Assembly (NCBI GenBank): GCA_050953425.1
Contig: JBMNMQ010000007.1
Coordinates: forward strand, 232,408-296,407
Direction of reading: 5' to 3'
Length of the DNA stretch: 64,000 nt
Source of the DNA: Anaerovoracaceae bacterium
GTDB lineage: Bacteria; Bacillota; Clostridia; Peptostreptococcales; Anaerovoracaceae
Shown: positions 47,301 through 57,571 of the stretch, one piece after another
How the letters are laid out: the number at the start of each line of letters is the position of its first letter
How positions within the stretch are numbered: the stretch's first letter is position 1
The notes under the pieces: model-generated
The model's database searches: none
Told to the model about the DNA's origin: nothing
What the model saw: only the letters and a program-made list of their open reading frames with translations
Translations under genes and position numbers: made by a program

Positions 47301-47516
47301 TTACTTTTCGATGGAAAAATCGGGTTCGACTCTGCGGCAGGCACGAATGGCCTGATCGAGAATTTCATCAAAGCGGCTGTCGTCGGCTTCGACGGTCATC
47401 TTCTGCATCATGAAATTGACGCGCCCCTTCTGCACTCCTTCGATTTTGTTGATGGCATCTTCCATTTTGGCCGCGCAGCTGGCGCAGTCGACTTCGATTT
47501 TGTAGCTCTTTTTCAT
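47301..47516 (-). CDS. Heavy-metal-associated (HMA) domain metallochaperone
   Basis: 71 aa with VDCASCAAK, a CxxC within a ferredoxin-like fold pattern. Confidence 0.7.
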   Translation of the reverse strand: MKKSYKIEVDCASCAAKMEDAINKIEGVQKGRVNFMMQKMTVEADDSRFDEILDQAIRACRRVEPDFSIEK

Positions 47517-47585
47517 GGTCTTGTTCCTTTCTTCCCGTTTGTGACCGCCGCGCCGGTTCTGCTGCCGGCGGATCGGGGGTGCTGA

Positions 47586-47912
47586 CTACCGGTCTTCTTC
47601 GATGTGCTCCTTGCCCATGGCGATGATCGTCTTGACATGCTCATCGGCCAGGGCGTAATAGACGGCTTTGCCGTCGCGCCTGGCCTTGACCAGCTTGGCT
47701 GCCTTGAGGATCTTCAGCTGATGGGAGATGGCCGGCTGGCTCATCTCCAGATCATCGCAGATCGAAGAGACATTTTTTTCGCCCGCGTAGAGATCGTAGA
47801 GAATGCGGACCCGGGTCGAATCGGCGAAAACCTTGAACAGTTCCGCCAGGTCGATCAGTTCCTCTTCGTCGATGCGCTCTGTCTGGTGACCGAGGCTGTC
47901 CGTTTTTTTCAT
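47586..47912 (-). CDS. ArsR/SmtB-family metalloregulator
   Basis: I chose the start MKKTDSL (ggaagga RBS). HTH region DSTRVRILYDL...QPAISHQLKILKAAKLV. Confidence 0.8.
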   Translation of the reverse strand: MKKTDSLGHQTERIDEEELIDLAELFKVFADSTRVRILYDLYAGEKNVSSICDDLEMSQPAISHQLKILKAAKLVKARRDGKAVYYALADEHVKTIIAMGKEHIEEDR

Positions 47913-48006
47913 GCTGCGCTCCTTCCGCTGTTCGGCGTGGTTCGCTCGCCGAGTTCCCCTGTTTTTATCCCGCGGAGAGCCGGGAGCAAACAAATTCGCG
48001 TTTGTT

Positions 48007-48043
48007 TATATGAATATATTAGCATATATAAATGTGATGTCAA
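48007..48043 (-). promoter_or_regulatory. Promoter (TTGACA-16-TAATAT on the minus strand) overlapped by an AT-rich inverted repeat, TATATG-N10-CATATA; candidate ArsR/SmtB operator
   Basis: Read directly from gtttatatgaatatattagcatatataaatgtgatgtcaa. The inverted-repeat arms TATATG and CATATA flank a palindromic AATATATT core. Confidence 0.45.
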
Positions 48044-48175
48044 CGGAAAAATGAAATTACGGTTGAACATTTTTTGCGGCGGGCGGTATAATGGGGCAGA
48101 ACATGGCCGCTGCCGCTGCGTTTCCGGGGCACGGCGGCTCCGGGCCGGCCGGCGGCCGGAAGTGAGGTATGATAT

Positions 48176-48772
48176 ATGGCAAAAATGCAGCTGGAATCGC
48201 TGAAGAAGCTTTATGCGGGGCCCTTCGTGGCGATGTACCAGGCCGATTACCGCAACCGTGAGAGCGGCGGCCGCAAGCAGTATGATATGATTTCCCGCAA
48301 TCTGCACCTGCAGGCGGAAACACTGGGCAGGGACCTGCCGCTCAATGCGATCGCCATGCTCGTTGTCGACCCGGTCCGGCGCCGGGTGCTGCTGACGCGT
48401 GAGTTCCGCATGCCGATCAACGATTACATGGTCTCTCTGCCGGCGGGGCTGGTCGAAGAAGGAGAAGACCCCGAGCAGGCACTGCGGCGCGAACTGCGCG
48501 AGGAAGCCGGCTTGACGGCCGACCGCATCCATCTTCTGCCGGCGACGTTTTCGAGCATCGGGCTCACCGATGAACGCGTCGCGACGGCCATCGTCACCGT
48601 ACGCGGCGCGCAGCAGGAACAGCATCTGGAGGAAAACGAGGAAATCACCAGTGCCTGGTATTCCTATGAAGAAGCGCGGCGGATCGTCACCGACCCGCAG
48701 ACGCGCATCGGTGCCCGCAGCGCCTTCCTGACCATGCTGTGGCTCGAGCACGAGGGTGTTTCGGTGCTCTAG
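48176..48772 (+). CDS. NUDIX hydrolase
   Basis: 198 aa with the Nudix box GLVEEGEDPEQALRRELREEAGL. Confidence 0.8.
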   Translation: MAKMQLESLKKLYAGPFVAMYQADYRNRESGGRKQYDMISRNLHLQAETLGRDLPLNAIAMLVVDPVRRRVLLTREFRMPINDYMVSLPAGLVEEGEDPEQALRRELREEAGLTADRIHLLPATFSSIGLTDERVATAIVTVRGAQQEQHLEENEEITSAWYSYEEARRIVTDPQTRIGARSAFLTMLWLEHEGVSVL

Positions 48773-48815
48773 ACGCCCGCGGCCGGGGCGAAGCAATGCG
48801 GAAAACAGGAAAAGC

Positions 48816-48845
48816 AAACTCCGCACCGTGTTTGGGTGCGGAGCC
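48816..48845. terminator. Hairpin terminator between the convergent NUDIX and glgP genes
   Basis: ctccgcacc-gtgttt-ggtgcggag followed by cctttgcggatgttt. Confidence 0.5.
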
Positions 48846-48974
48846 TTTGCGGATGTTTCATATTGCTGTTTATATGTTCGGCGGATGCTGTTCGGCGGGC
48901 TGCCGCCGTCGGTGCGGCCCCCGCGCTGCCCGCGGCCGAACCGCGCCGCAGCAGACGTCGCTGCGGATTGCGGA

Positions 48975-51545
48975 TCAGCGCACCGACGACAGCACCGGCT
49001 TGGTGTACCAGATCTTTTCGGCGTAGTCGCGGATGCTGCGATCGGCGGCAAAGCGCGCGGCCTTGGCGATGTTGTCGATCGACATCGTATTCCAGCGACT
49101 GCGGTCCTCGTAGTCCGCCTGCATCTGATCGTGCACCCGGCAGTAGTCCTCGAAATCGCGCAGGCACATGTAGGGGTCGGCGATGCTGTACGAGGGCTGC
49201 AGCAGGTAATCCCGCAGCTTGTTGAAATCCCTGCCGGCAAAGCCCCTGCCGATGGCATCGATGACACGGCGCAGCGTCGCATCGGTGTTGTAGAGCTGTT
49301 CGGCATGGTAGCCGTTCTGCACTTCCTGCCGCACTTCTTCTTCGTTGAGACCGAAGATGTAGATGCTGTCCGGCCCGACGGCCTCGCGGATTTCGACGTT
49401 GGCGCCGTCGAGGGTGCCGATGGTGACGGCACCGTTGATCATCATCTTCATATTGCCGGTGCCGCTGGCTTCCTTGCCGGCCAGCGAAATCTGCTCGGAG
49501 ATTTCCGTCGCCGGCATCAGCATCTCCGCCATCGAGACACTGTAGTTTTCCAGAAAGACGACCTTCATCTTCTTTGAGATGACCGGATCGTTTTCGATCT
49601 CTTCCCCCAGTTTCCAGATCAGGTCGATGATCTCCTTGGCCAGATAGTAGCTCGGCGCCGCCTTGGCCGCAAAGAGATAGGTTTCGGGACGCGTCACCTT
49701 GTTCGGATTTTCCTTCAGATCCAGATAGCGGGCGATGATGCGCATCGCGTTCATCAGCTGCCGCTTGTATTCGTGCAGCCGCTTGGCCTGCACGATGAAG
49801 AGCGAGTCGGGATCGATTTCGATGCCGCGGTCGCGGCGGATGCGGTCGGCGAGCCGGGCCTTGCTGCCGCGCTTGATTTTTTCCAGCCGTTCCTGTACGC
49901 CGCTGTCGCCGCGGAAGTGGATGAAATCCTCGAGACGCTCGGGATGCAGCCGATAGTCGGGACCGATGCAGTCGTCGATCAGCGCCGCCAGCTGCGGGTT
50001 GGACTGACACAGCCAGCGGCGGTAGGCGATGCCGTTGGTGACGTTGGCAAATTTATAGGGCGTCATCAGGAAGTGATCGTGAAAGAGATCGTCCCTGAGG
50101 ATGCGCGAGTGCAGCGCCGAGACGCCGTTGACGCGGTGCGAGCCGATGACCGAGAGGTTGGCCATGCGCACCTGCTTGTCGCCGAGAATCGCCATGTAGT
50201 CGATCTTGCCCTTGTCGCCGGGGAATTTTTCGTTGGCGGCAATGCGGAAGCGGCGGTCGATTTCGCAGATGATCGCGAAGATGCGCGGCATCATCGTGCG
50301 CACCAGATCGGCGTTCCATTTTTCCAGCGCTTCGGCGAGGACCGTGTGGTTGGTATAGGAAACGGTGGAAGTGATGATCTTCCAGGCATGATCCCAGTCG
50401 TAGCCGTAATCGTCGAGGAAGATGCGCATCAGTTCCGGAATCGTCAGGGCCGGGTGGGTGTCGTTGATGTGGATCACCGTTTTTTCGCCGAAGTTGCTGA
50501 GCGTGCCGAACTGGTTGTAGTGGTCGCGGACGATGTTCTGGCAGGAAGCGGAGACCATAAAGTACTGCTGCTTGAGCCGCAGCTCCTTGCCTTCCTCGAT
50601 GTTGTCGGCGGGATAGAGTACCTTGGTGATCAGTTCGGCGCTGTTGTTCTTCTGCGCTGCCCGGGTAAAGTCGCCGTTGTTGAAGAGGCCCATGTCAAAG
50701 TCCTCCGAGTCGCGGGCGCGCCAGAGCCGCAGCTTGCTGACGGCCTCGCTGTCGGCGCCGGAAATGTACAGATCGTAGGGTACGGCCTCTACTTTCTGGG
50801 CATCGTCGAGGTGGTAGCGCATCCGGCCGTCTTCCCAGTACTCGCTGTAGCGTCCGTAGAAGTGGACGTAAAAGGTGTCATCTTCGTGCGGGTTGAGCCA
50901 GACGCGGCCGCCGGGAAGCCAGTTGTCCGGCAGCTCGACCTGCCAGCCGTCGACGATCTTCTGCCGGAAGAGGCCGTATTCGTAGCGCAGTGAAAAGCCG
51001 GTTGCATCATAGCCGCCGGTCGCCAGCGCGTCCATGAAGCAGGCTGCCAGCCGTCCCAGGCCGCCGTTGCCGAGACCGGCATCGGGTTCGCAGTCGTAGA
51101 GATCCTGCATGGCGATGCCCTTCTCCTGCATCAGCTCTTCCGCGAGCTGCGTTTCACCGAGGTTATAGAGATTGTTTTTCAGTGACTGGCCGACCAGAAA
51201 CTCCATGCATATATAGTAGATCTTTTTGCGCCCCTGAGTGCGGTTTTCAATCTCCATGCGCCGGTCGTTGAAGGCGACGCGCTTTTCCAGCAGCTGGGTG
51301 TTGACGACGAAAGCCGTCGCCTTGTAGAGATCCTGGACATCGGCCTGCTCAAAAGTGACGTGGAGCCGATTCTTCAGGTATACTTCGATTTTTCTGCGGA
51401 AGGAGGCCGGTGTTTCGGCCTCGGCGGGGATGACGGCACCGAGTTCGGCCGCGGTTTCCGCCGCTGCGGGCGAGGCCGCGGCGGCGGCGGTCATCCGGTT
51501 CGTCTTGTTTCTTGCTGTTTTATTTTCTTTCTTCTTTGCGTTCAT
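48975..51545 (-). CDS. glgP: Glycogen / alpha-glucan phosphorylase
   Basis: 856 aa, GT35 family. The PLP-lysine region motif EASGTGNMK is present. Confidence 0.9.
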   Translation of the reverse strand: MNAKKKENKTARNKTNRMTAAAAASPAAAETAAELGAVIPAEAETPASFRRKIEVYLKNRLHVTFEQADVQDLYKATAFVVNTQLLEKRVAFNDRRMEIENRTQGRKKIYYICMEFLVGQSLKNNLYNLGETQLAEELMQEKGIAMQDLYDCEPDAGLGNGGLGRLAACFMDALATGGYDATGFSLRYEYGLFRQKIVDGWQVELPDNWLPGGRVWLNPHEDDTFYVHFYGRYSEYWEDGRMRYHLDDAQKVEAVPYDLYISGADSEAVSKLRLWRARDSEDFDMGLFNNGDFTRAAQKNNSAELITKVLYPADNIEEGKELRLKQQYFMVSASCQNIVRDHYNQFGTLSNFGEKTVIHINDTHPALTIPELMRIFLDDYGYDWDHAWKIITSTVSYTNHTVLAEALEKWNADLVRTMMPRIFAIICEIDRRFRIAANEKFPGDKGKIDYMAILGDKQVRMANLSVIGSHRVNGVSALHSRILRDDLFHDHFLMTPYKFANVTNGIAYRRWLCQSNPQLAALIDDCIGPDYRLHPERLEDFIHFRGDSGVQERLEKIKRGSKARLADRIRRDRGIEIDPDSLFIVQAKRLHEYKRQLMNAMRIIARYLDLKENPNKVTRPETYLFAAKAAPSYYLAKEIIDLIWKLGEEIENDPVISKKMKVVFLENYSVSMAEMLMPATEISEQISLAGKEASGTGNMKMMINGAVTIGTLDGANVEIREAVGPDSIYIFGLNEEEVRQEVQNGYHAEQLYNTDATLRRVIDAIGRGFAGRDFNKLRDYLLQPSYSIADPYMCLRDFEDYCRVHDQMQADYEDRSRWNTMSIDNIAKAARFAADRSIRDYAEKIWYTKPVLSSVR

Positions 51546-51641
51546 AGTCTTCCTTTCTTAAACGTTTCCCCGTTTCATGATTTCACACTGCCCGATACCC
51601 TGTGCGGGCGGCGGGCTGCCGTCCCGCGGGAGCTTTCCCTG

Positions 51642-53027
51642 CTATTCGAAGAGGCTTTCGTAGAGTTCGCGATAGATGCCGGCGGATTTCTTCCAGCCGA
51701 AATCGAGTTCGAGGTCATGCCGTACGAGAGCGCTCCAGTTGGTGCGGTCGTACCAGCGCTCGACAGCGTTCATCACCGCGTGGTACAGGCTGTCGCTGTC
51801 GTAGTCCTCGAAGACAAAGCCGCTGCCGTCGCCGAGCGTGCAGTCCTTGATCGAGTCGCGCAGCCCGCCGGTGCTGCGCACCACGGGAATATCGCCGTAG
51901 CGGCAGCCGATCATCTGGTTGAGGCCGCAGGGTTCGTTGCGCGACGGCACCAGCAGGATGTCGCCGGCCGCGTAGAGACGATGCGACAGATCGGCACTGA
52001 ACTTGATGATGCAGCGGGCCTTGTCGCGGTGACGGCCCTCGAGCCCGTGGAAGAAGTCTTCGTATTCCGGATAGCCGTTGCCGAGGAGGATGAACTGCAC
52101 ATCGTGGCTGTCGAGGATGCCGTCGATGGTCGCCCGGATCAGATCCATGCCCTTGGCGGGCACCAGGCGGGAGATCACGGTGATCAGCGGCACATCGCGC
52201 ACCGGCAGCGCCAGGCTGTCCTGCAGCTGTGCCTTGCAGATCGCTTTGCCGTTGAGATCCAGACTGGAATAATTGGCGGGAATCAGCGGGTCGACGGCCG
52301 GGTCGTAGAGGGATGTGTCGATGCCGTTGAGAATGCCGTGCAGCTTCCAGGCATTGCGGTTGATGATGTCGTGCAGTCCGCAGGCGGCCAGCGGGCTCTT
52401 CAGCTCTTCGGCGTAGGTCGGGCTGACCGTGCACAGAAGGTGGGCGCTCTCAATGCCGCCCTTGAGCAGATTAACGCCCTCGCCGAATTCGACGACGTGG
52501 TTTTCTCCTTCGGGCAGGCCGATGACTTCGCTGAGGAATTCATGCGGATAAAAGCCCTGATATTCAATGTTGTGGATGGAGAGGATCGTCTTCAGATTTT
52601 CGCGATGATAGAGCGAATTCTGATAGACCGGTACCAGCGCGGTCTGCCAGTCATTGGCGTGAATAATCTCCGGTTCAAAGCCGGTGAGTTCGACGGCGTC
52701 GAGGACGGCCCGCGAGAAGTAGGCAAAGCGCTCGCCGTCGTCGTAGTAGCCGTAGAGCCCGGGACGGCCGAAGTAGTATTCGTTGTCGATGAAATAGTAG
52801 ATCACGCCCCTGTAAGCCAGTTCAAAGACGCCCATGTACTGCGAGCGCCAGGCGAGGTTGATGTAGCGGCTGCCGAGGAATGTCATGCGGGAGCGGTACT
52901 CTTCGCCGATATCCTGATAGAGCGGCAGGATGACCCGGCAGTCGATCTCCGCGCCGCTGAGACTGTTGAGTGCCCGCGGCAGTGAGCCGGAGACTTCGCC
53001 GAGCCCGCCGGTGTGGGCAAAGGGCAC
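51642..53027 (-). CDS. glgA: Glycogen synthase (ADP-glucose type). The N-terminus is truncated or frameshifted as the sequence stands.
   Basis: 461 aa from a GTG start, beginning (M)PFAHTGGLGEV, i.e. at the KTGGL motif. The upstream beta-strand (xxVLFVASE) is missing in this frame but is present in the upstream ORF's frame (RRVLYATP) once a single C is deleted from the C4 run at 53035-53038. Confidence 0.75.
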   Translation of the reverse strand: MPFAHTGGLGEVSGSLPRALNSLSGAEIDCRVILPLYQDIGEEYRSRMTFLGSRYINLAWRSQYMGVFELAYRGVIYYFIDNEYYFGRPGLYGYYDDGERFAYFSRAVLDAVELTGFEPEIIHANDWQTALVPVYQNSLYHRENLKTILSIHNIEYQGFYPHEFLSEVIGLPEGENHVVEFGEGVNLLKGGIESAHLLCTVSPTYAEELKSPLAACGLHDIINRNAWKLHGILNGIDTSLYDPAVDPLIPANYSSLDLNGKAICKAQLQDSLALPVRDVPLITVISRLVPAKGMDLIRATIDGILDSHDVQFILLGNGYPEYEDFFHGLEGRHRDKARCIIKFSADLSHRLYAAGDILLVPSRNEPCGLNQMIGCRYGDIPVVRSTGGLRDSIKDCTLGDGSGFVFEDYDSDSLYHAVMNAVERWYDRTNWSALVRHDLELDFGWKKSAGIYRELYESLFE

Positions 53028-53835
53028 GCACTCGGGGCGTCGCGTAGAGAACCCGGCGAGCCGAAGCAGAAGCCTTCGGAAAATCGGTATCCTCCGCCGC
53101 GGGGGCGGCGCTGCCGGCGTCTGCGGCGGCCGGGGGCATGGCCTCCGGCTTGACGGCCGGGGCTTCCGCCTTCGGCTTGACGGCCGGGGCTTCCGCCTTC
53201 GGCTTGACGGCCGGGGCTTCCGCCTTCGGCTTGACGGCCGGAACCTCTGCCTCCGGCTGCACGACCGGCGTGCCGGATTTCTGCTTTTCGGCCGCGGCGG
53301 TGTCTGCGGCAGTCGCTTTGGCTGCTTTTGCTGTCTCGGCGGCTGTCGATTCGGTCTTTTTTATCTTCTCGGCCGGGGCTGCAGCAGTTTGATTCGTCTC
53401 TGCAGCTTTCCTCGCCGTTGTTTTTTTCGCCGTGGATTTGGCACTGCTCCGGGTTTTGGCCGCAGAGGAAGACGCCGACTTTTTCCGGGTCGTCTTTTTG
53501 GCGGCGGAAGAGGTCGACTTTTTGCGGGCGGCTGTTTTTTTCGTGCCGGAAGCGGCTGTGCTCTTTTTGGCGGCGGTTTTCTTTCGCGTCGTCCTGGCGG
53601 CGGTGGATTTTCCGGTCGTTTTCGTCTCCGCCTTTTTTGCGCTGCTGTCGGTGTCGGCCGCCGCTGCGTTCTTTTTCGCTGCGGCTGTTTTGCTCCCGGC
53701 GGCTGCAGCCGTTTTGCTGCCGGCCGCGGCTCCTGCGGAAGCGCTGTCTGCGGCCCCCGCTGCCGCTGATTCTGCTGTCGGGGTATCGGTCGTATTGTCG
53801 GTGGTCATGGTCTGCTTTTTCGTCGGTTCAGTCAT
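52822..53835 (-). CDS. Lys/Ala/Thr-rich intrinsically disordered protein (histone H1 / AlgP-like KAAK-repeat protein). Its 3' ~70 codons overlap glgA out of frame, so it may be an N-terminal extension of glgA.
   Basis: 337 aa with a strong RBS (gggaggg). It contains AKK / TAAKK repeats and four EAPAVKPKA repeats, the latter encoded by 27-bp DNA tandem repeats at ~53150-53260. After ...AEDTDFPKASASARRVLYATP the composition turns Arg-rich and junk-like. Confidence 0.4.
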   Translation of the reverse strand: MTEPTKKQTMTTDNTTDTPTAESAAAGAADSASAGAAAGSKTAAAAGSKTAAAKKNAAAADTDSSAKKAETKTTGKSTAARTTRKKTAAKKSTAASGTKKTAARKKSTSSAAKKTTRKKSASSSAAKTRSSAKSTAKKTTARKAAETNQTAAAPAEKIKKTESTAAETAKAAKATAADTAAAEKQKSGTPVVQPEAEVPAVKPKAEAPAVKPKAEAPAVKPKAEAPAVKPEAMPPAAADAGSAAPAAEDTDFPKASASARRVLYATPRVRALCPHRRARRSLRLTAAGTQQSQRRGDRLPGHPAALSGYRRRVPLPHDIPRQPLHQPRLALAVHGRL

Positions 53836-54432
53836 ACCTGCCCTCCCTGTCGGTATCGGTTTGATGTTCAGAAAATCCTGTGTTTTTGTCCTTGCGGTAC
53901 GTCCCTGATTATACTACATTCGGCGATTCGGTACAACGGCTGGCGGAACCGCCGGGAGCTCCGTCTGCGGTGTCCGGCGGGATGCTTTCTGCGCGGTGCA
54001 CGGAGAACGCGGCGGCCCCGCAAACAGGCGGCCCGCGGACCGGTGCGCGGCACGGCGGCACTGCTTTCGCGCGGCCGCAGGCGGCGGTGCGGAAACGTAA
54101 ATTTTAGGTCATTTTTCTGTATAACGGCGCCGTTCAGTCCGATGAGGGCGATCAGCAGCCCGAGCAGGGCGGCAGGAAAGATCTGCGTGTGCCGGGTTTC
54201 GCGGCCGGGACCGGACGGCGCGTCAGGTCCGTCGGTGTATGACCGTGCGTGCCGGGTTCCGCGGACGGGGCCGCCGCCCCGGAAACGCAAATTTTCTGTA
54301 AGGAAGGGATAAACTTTCTGCCCCTCCCGCCGGCGCAATTGCAATGGCGGGCTCACTGCGTTATTATAGTTTGAAAAGACGAATTTATTGCGCTATTATA
54401 AAAAGAGAACCACCGTGCGGGAGGAAACCGAA

Positions 54433-56364
54433 ATGGCAGTTGTCAGCAAGCAGATCACAGGCGGTATCGCGGAACATAAATACCTGTTTCATAAGGGCCG
54501 TAATCATCGCAGCTATGAACTTTTCGGCGCCCACCGCGCCGGCGGCAGCGTGCGCGACGGCTATCTGTTCCGCGTCTGGGCCCCGCGGGCGGCGGCGGTG
54601 TCGGTGGTCGGCAGTTTCAATGACTGGGATCCGCAGGCTGATCCGATGCGGCAGCTGGACGACGACACCAGCATCTGGGAACTGACCTGCAGTGCCGCGC
54701 GGGAGGGGGATCTCTACAAATTTGCGGTGCGCACCGACGACGGCCGGCTGCTCTACAAGGCGGATCCGTATGCGTTCTGTTCCGAGCGCGCCGGCGAGGC
54801 AGCCGAGGACAGTCAGAAAGCCTCGATTCTCTATGATCTTTCGCGGCCCTTTGACTGGCACGATGACCGCTGGCTGCGCAGCCGCGACAGCCGCAATCCC
54901 TATGAAGCGCCGATGAACATCTACGAGGTGCATCTCGGCTCCTGGAAGCGCGATGCCGACGGTGCGCCGCTGAATTATCGCGAACTGGCGGATCAGCTCA
55001 TCCCCTATGCCGCCGACATGGGGTATACGCATCTGGAGCTGCTGCCGGTGATGGAGCACCCGTATGACGGGTCCTGGGGCTACCAGATCACCGGATATTA
55101 CAGCGTAACGTCGCGTTACGGCGATCCCGCTGACTTCAAATATCTGATCAATACGGCCCATGCCCGCGGCCTCGGCGTCATTCTCGACTGGGTGCCGGCG
55201 CATTTCCCCAAGGACGAATACGGTCTGGTGGAATTCGACGGCTATCCGCTCTACGAATACACCGATCCTCTGAAGATGGAGCACAAGGGCTGGGGCACGC
55301 GTGCTTTCGACTTCGGCCGCCCCGAGGTCGTCAGTTTTCTGGTCTCCAACGCCTTTTTTTACTGCGAGGAGTACCATGCCGACGGCCTGCGGGTCGATGC
55401 GGTGGCGGCGATGCTGTATCTGAACTATGATCGGCAGGACGGGGAATGGACGCCCAACGATGAGGGCGGCATCGAGAACAAGGAAGCGACAAAGTTCCTC
55501 CAGACCGTCAACGAGCACGTGCTGCGGCACCACCCCGGTGTGCTGATGATCGCCGAGGAATCGACGGCCTGGCCGAATGTGACCAAGCCGCCGAAAGTCG
55601 GCGGACTCGGCTTTAATTTCAAATGGAACATGGGATGGATGAACGACGTCCTTGAGTATTTCTCCACGGATCCTCTTTTTCGCCGCGGCATCCATAACAA
55701 GCTGACCTTCGCGATCACTTACGCTTACAGCGAGAATTACATTCTGCCGATCTCCCACGATGAAGTGGTGCACGGCAAGCATTCGCTGCTCGACAAGATG
55801 CCGGGCGAATACGAAGATAAATTTGCCGGCATGCGCAGTTTCCTCGTCTATATGATGACGCATCCGGGCAAGAAGCTGCTCTTTATGGGGCAGGAATTCG
55901 GCCATTTCGCCGAGTGGAACGAAAAGAAAGAGCTGGACTGGATGCTGCTGGACTACGAACAGCATCAGAAACTGCGGGACTTTGTCCGGGAACTCAATCA
56001 GTACTATCTGCAGACTCCGGCGCTCTGGCGGCGCGACGATTCCTTCGACGGCTTTCAGTGGATCGATGCCGACAACGCCGACGACAATGTCTATACCTAT
56101 CTCCGCACCGAGCGCGGCGTGCGCTATGACGCGCTGCTGGTTGCTCTCAACCTCTCCGGTCGAGACATCGAGCAGTACGACATCGGCGTGCCCGCGGCAG
56201 CCTCCTATACCCTCGTCATCGATACCGACCGCGTGCGCGCGGGCGGCAGGGGGCTGCGGCGGAAGAAGAACTATCAGGTGAAGAAGGGCAGCTGCAATGG
56301 ATTTGCGCAGCATGTGACCATCAGGCTGCCGAAACTTTCAGCTGTCATACTCGAAATGAGGTGA
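54433..56364 (+). CDS. glgB: 1,4-alpha-glucan branching enzyme
   Basis: I chose the start MAVVSKQ (ggagga RBS). GH13 catalytic motifs: DGLRVDAV and GQEFGH. Confidence 0.9.
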   Translation: MAVVSKQITGGIAEHKYLFHKGRNHRSYELFGAHRAGGSVRDGYLFRVWAPRAAAVSVVGSFNDWDPQADPMRQLDDDTSIWELTCSAAREGDLYKFAVRTDDGRLLYKADPYAFCSERAGEAAEDSQKASILYDLSRPFDWHDDRWLRSRDSRNPYEAPMNIYEVHLGSWKRDADGAPLNYRELADQLIPYAADMGYTHLELLPVMEHPYDGSWGYQITGYYSVTSRYGDPADFKYLINTAHARGLGVILDWVPAHFPKDEYGLVEFDGYPLYEYTDPLKMEHKGWGTRAFDFGRPEVVSFLVSNAFFYCEEYHADGLRVDAVAAMLYLNYDRQDGEWTPNDEGGIENKEATKFLQTVNEHVLRHHPGVLMIAEESTAWPNVTKPPKVGGLGFNFKWNMGWMNDVLEYFSTDPLFRRGIHNKLTFAITYAYSENYILPISHDEVVHGKHSLLDKMPGEYEDKFAGMRSFLVYMMTHPGKKLLFMGQEFGHFAEWNEKKELDWMLLDYEQHQKLRDFVRELNQYYLQTPALWRRDDSFDGFQWIDADNADDNVYTYLRTERGVRYDALLVALNLSGRDIEQYDIGVPAAASYTLVIDTDRVRAGGRGLRRKKNYQVKKGSCNGFAQHVTIRLPKLSAVILEMR

Positions 56365-56368
56365 ACCA

Positions 56369-57556
56369 ATGATCGAGAAAAAGCAATGCGTTGCGATGCT
56401 GCTGGCGGGCGGCCAGGGAAGCCGGCTGGCGCCGCTGACCCGCGACATCGCCAAACCGGCCGTACCGTTTGGGGCCCGCTACCGGATCATCGATTTTTCC
56501 CTTTCCAACTGTGTCAATTCCGGCATCGACACGGTGGGAGTGCTGACGCAGTACCAGCCGATGGAATTGAATGAATACCTCGGCATGGGGGCGCCGTGGG
56601 ATCTGGATCTGCGCTTTGGCGGCCTGCATGTGCTGCCGCCGTACCAGGACTCCAAGGGAGGCGACTGGTTCAAGGGCACGGCCAATGCCATCTATCAGAA
56701 TCTGGACTTTATCAAGCGCTTTGATCCCGAATATGTGCTGATTCTCTCCGGCGATCACATCTACAAGATGGATTATTCGCTGATGCTGCAGGAACATATC
56801 GCCAATGAGGCGGACTGCACGATCGCCGTGATCGATGTCGATCCCGAAGAAGCGTCGCGGTTCGGCATCATGACCACCGATGCGGAGGGACGAATCACGG
56901 AGTTCGAGGAAAAGCCGGCGCAGCCGAAGAGCACGCAGGCTTCGATGGGCGTCTATATTTTCACCACCGAGGCGCTGATCAAGTACCTCGTGGCCGACGA
57001 AGAGAATGCCGATTCGAGCAATGACTTCGGCAAGAACATCATCCCCGGCATGCTGGGGGACGGCTGCCGCATGTTCGCCTATCTCTACAAGGGATACTGG
57101 CGGGACGTCGGCACGCTGGATTCGTTCTGGGCGGCCAACATGGACGTCCTCGGCGAGATGCCGGAGCTGTGGCTCAACGATCCCGGCTGGCGCATCTACT
57201 ACCGCCACTCCTTCAACCATCCGCAGTATCTCGGTCAGCATGCGCGGATCACCAATTCGATCTGCGGTGACGGCAACGAGATCGACAGCCGCATCGACCA
57301 TTCGGTGATCTTCAACAACGTCATCGTCGAAGAGGGGGCGGAGATCCGCGACAGCATCATCATGAGCGACTGCGTCATCCAGAAGGGCGCGCGGGTAGAG
57401 TACGCGATCGTTGACCGCGGCACCGTGATCGGCACGGCCGCCGAAGTCGGCGGCAGCCGCGAGCGGGGCGCACTGACGGTGGTGAGCCGCGGGCTCTCGC
57501 TCGACGGCGGGCAGCAGATTGCCCCCGGCACCATCTACACGGGAACGGAACGATAG
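56369..57556 (+). CDS. glgC: Glucose-1-phosphate adenylyltransferase
   Basis: 395 aa with [13 protein letters not shown] and [14 protein letters not shown]. Confidence 0.9.
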   Translation: MIEKKQCVAMLLAGGQGSRLAPLTRDIAKPAVPFGARYRIIDFSLSNCVNSGIDTVGVLTQYQPMELNEYLGMGAPWDLDLRFGGLHVLPPYQDSKGGDWFKGTANAIYQNLDFIKRFDPEYVLILSGDHIYKMDYSLMLQEHIANEADCTIAVIDVDPEEASRFGIMTTDAEGRITEFEEKPAQPKSTQASMGVYIFTTEALIKYLVADEENADSSNDFGKNIIPGMLGDGCRMFAYLYKGYWRDVGTLDSFWAANMDVLGEMPELWLNDPGWRIYYRHSFNHPQYLGQHARITNSICGDGNEIDSRIDHSVIFNNVIVEEGAEIRDSIIMSDCVIQKGARVEYAIVDRGTVIGTAAEVGGSRERGALTVVSRGLSLDGGQQIAPGTIYTGTER

Positions 57557-57571
57557 GGGAGGAGGTACGAA

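Noticed and set aside
52930-53769. 279-aa RG-rich plus-strand ORF
   Set aside because: It is the antisense shadow of the Lys/Ala-rich minus-strand ORF, which has a strong RBS. The RG repeats simply mirror the tandem DNA repeats.
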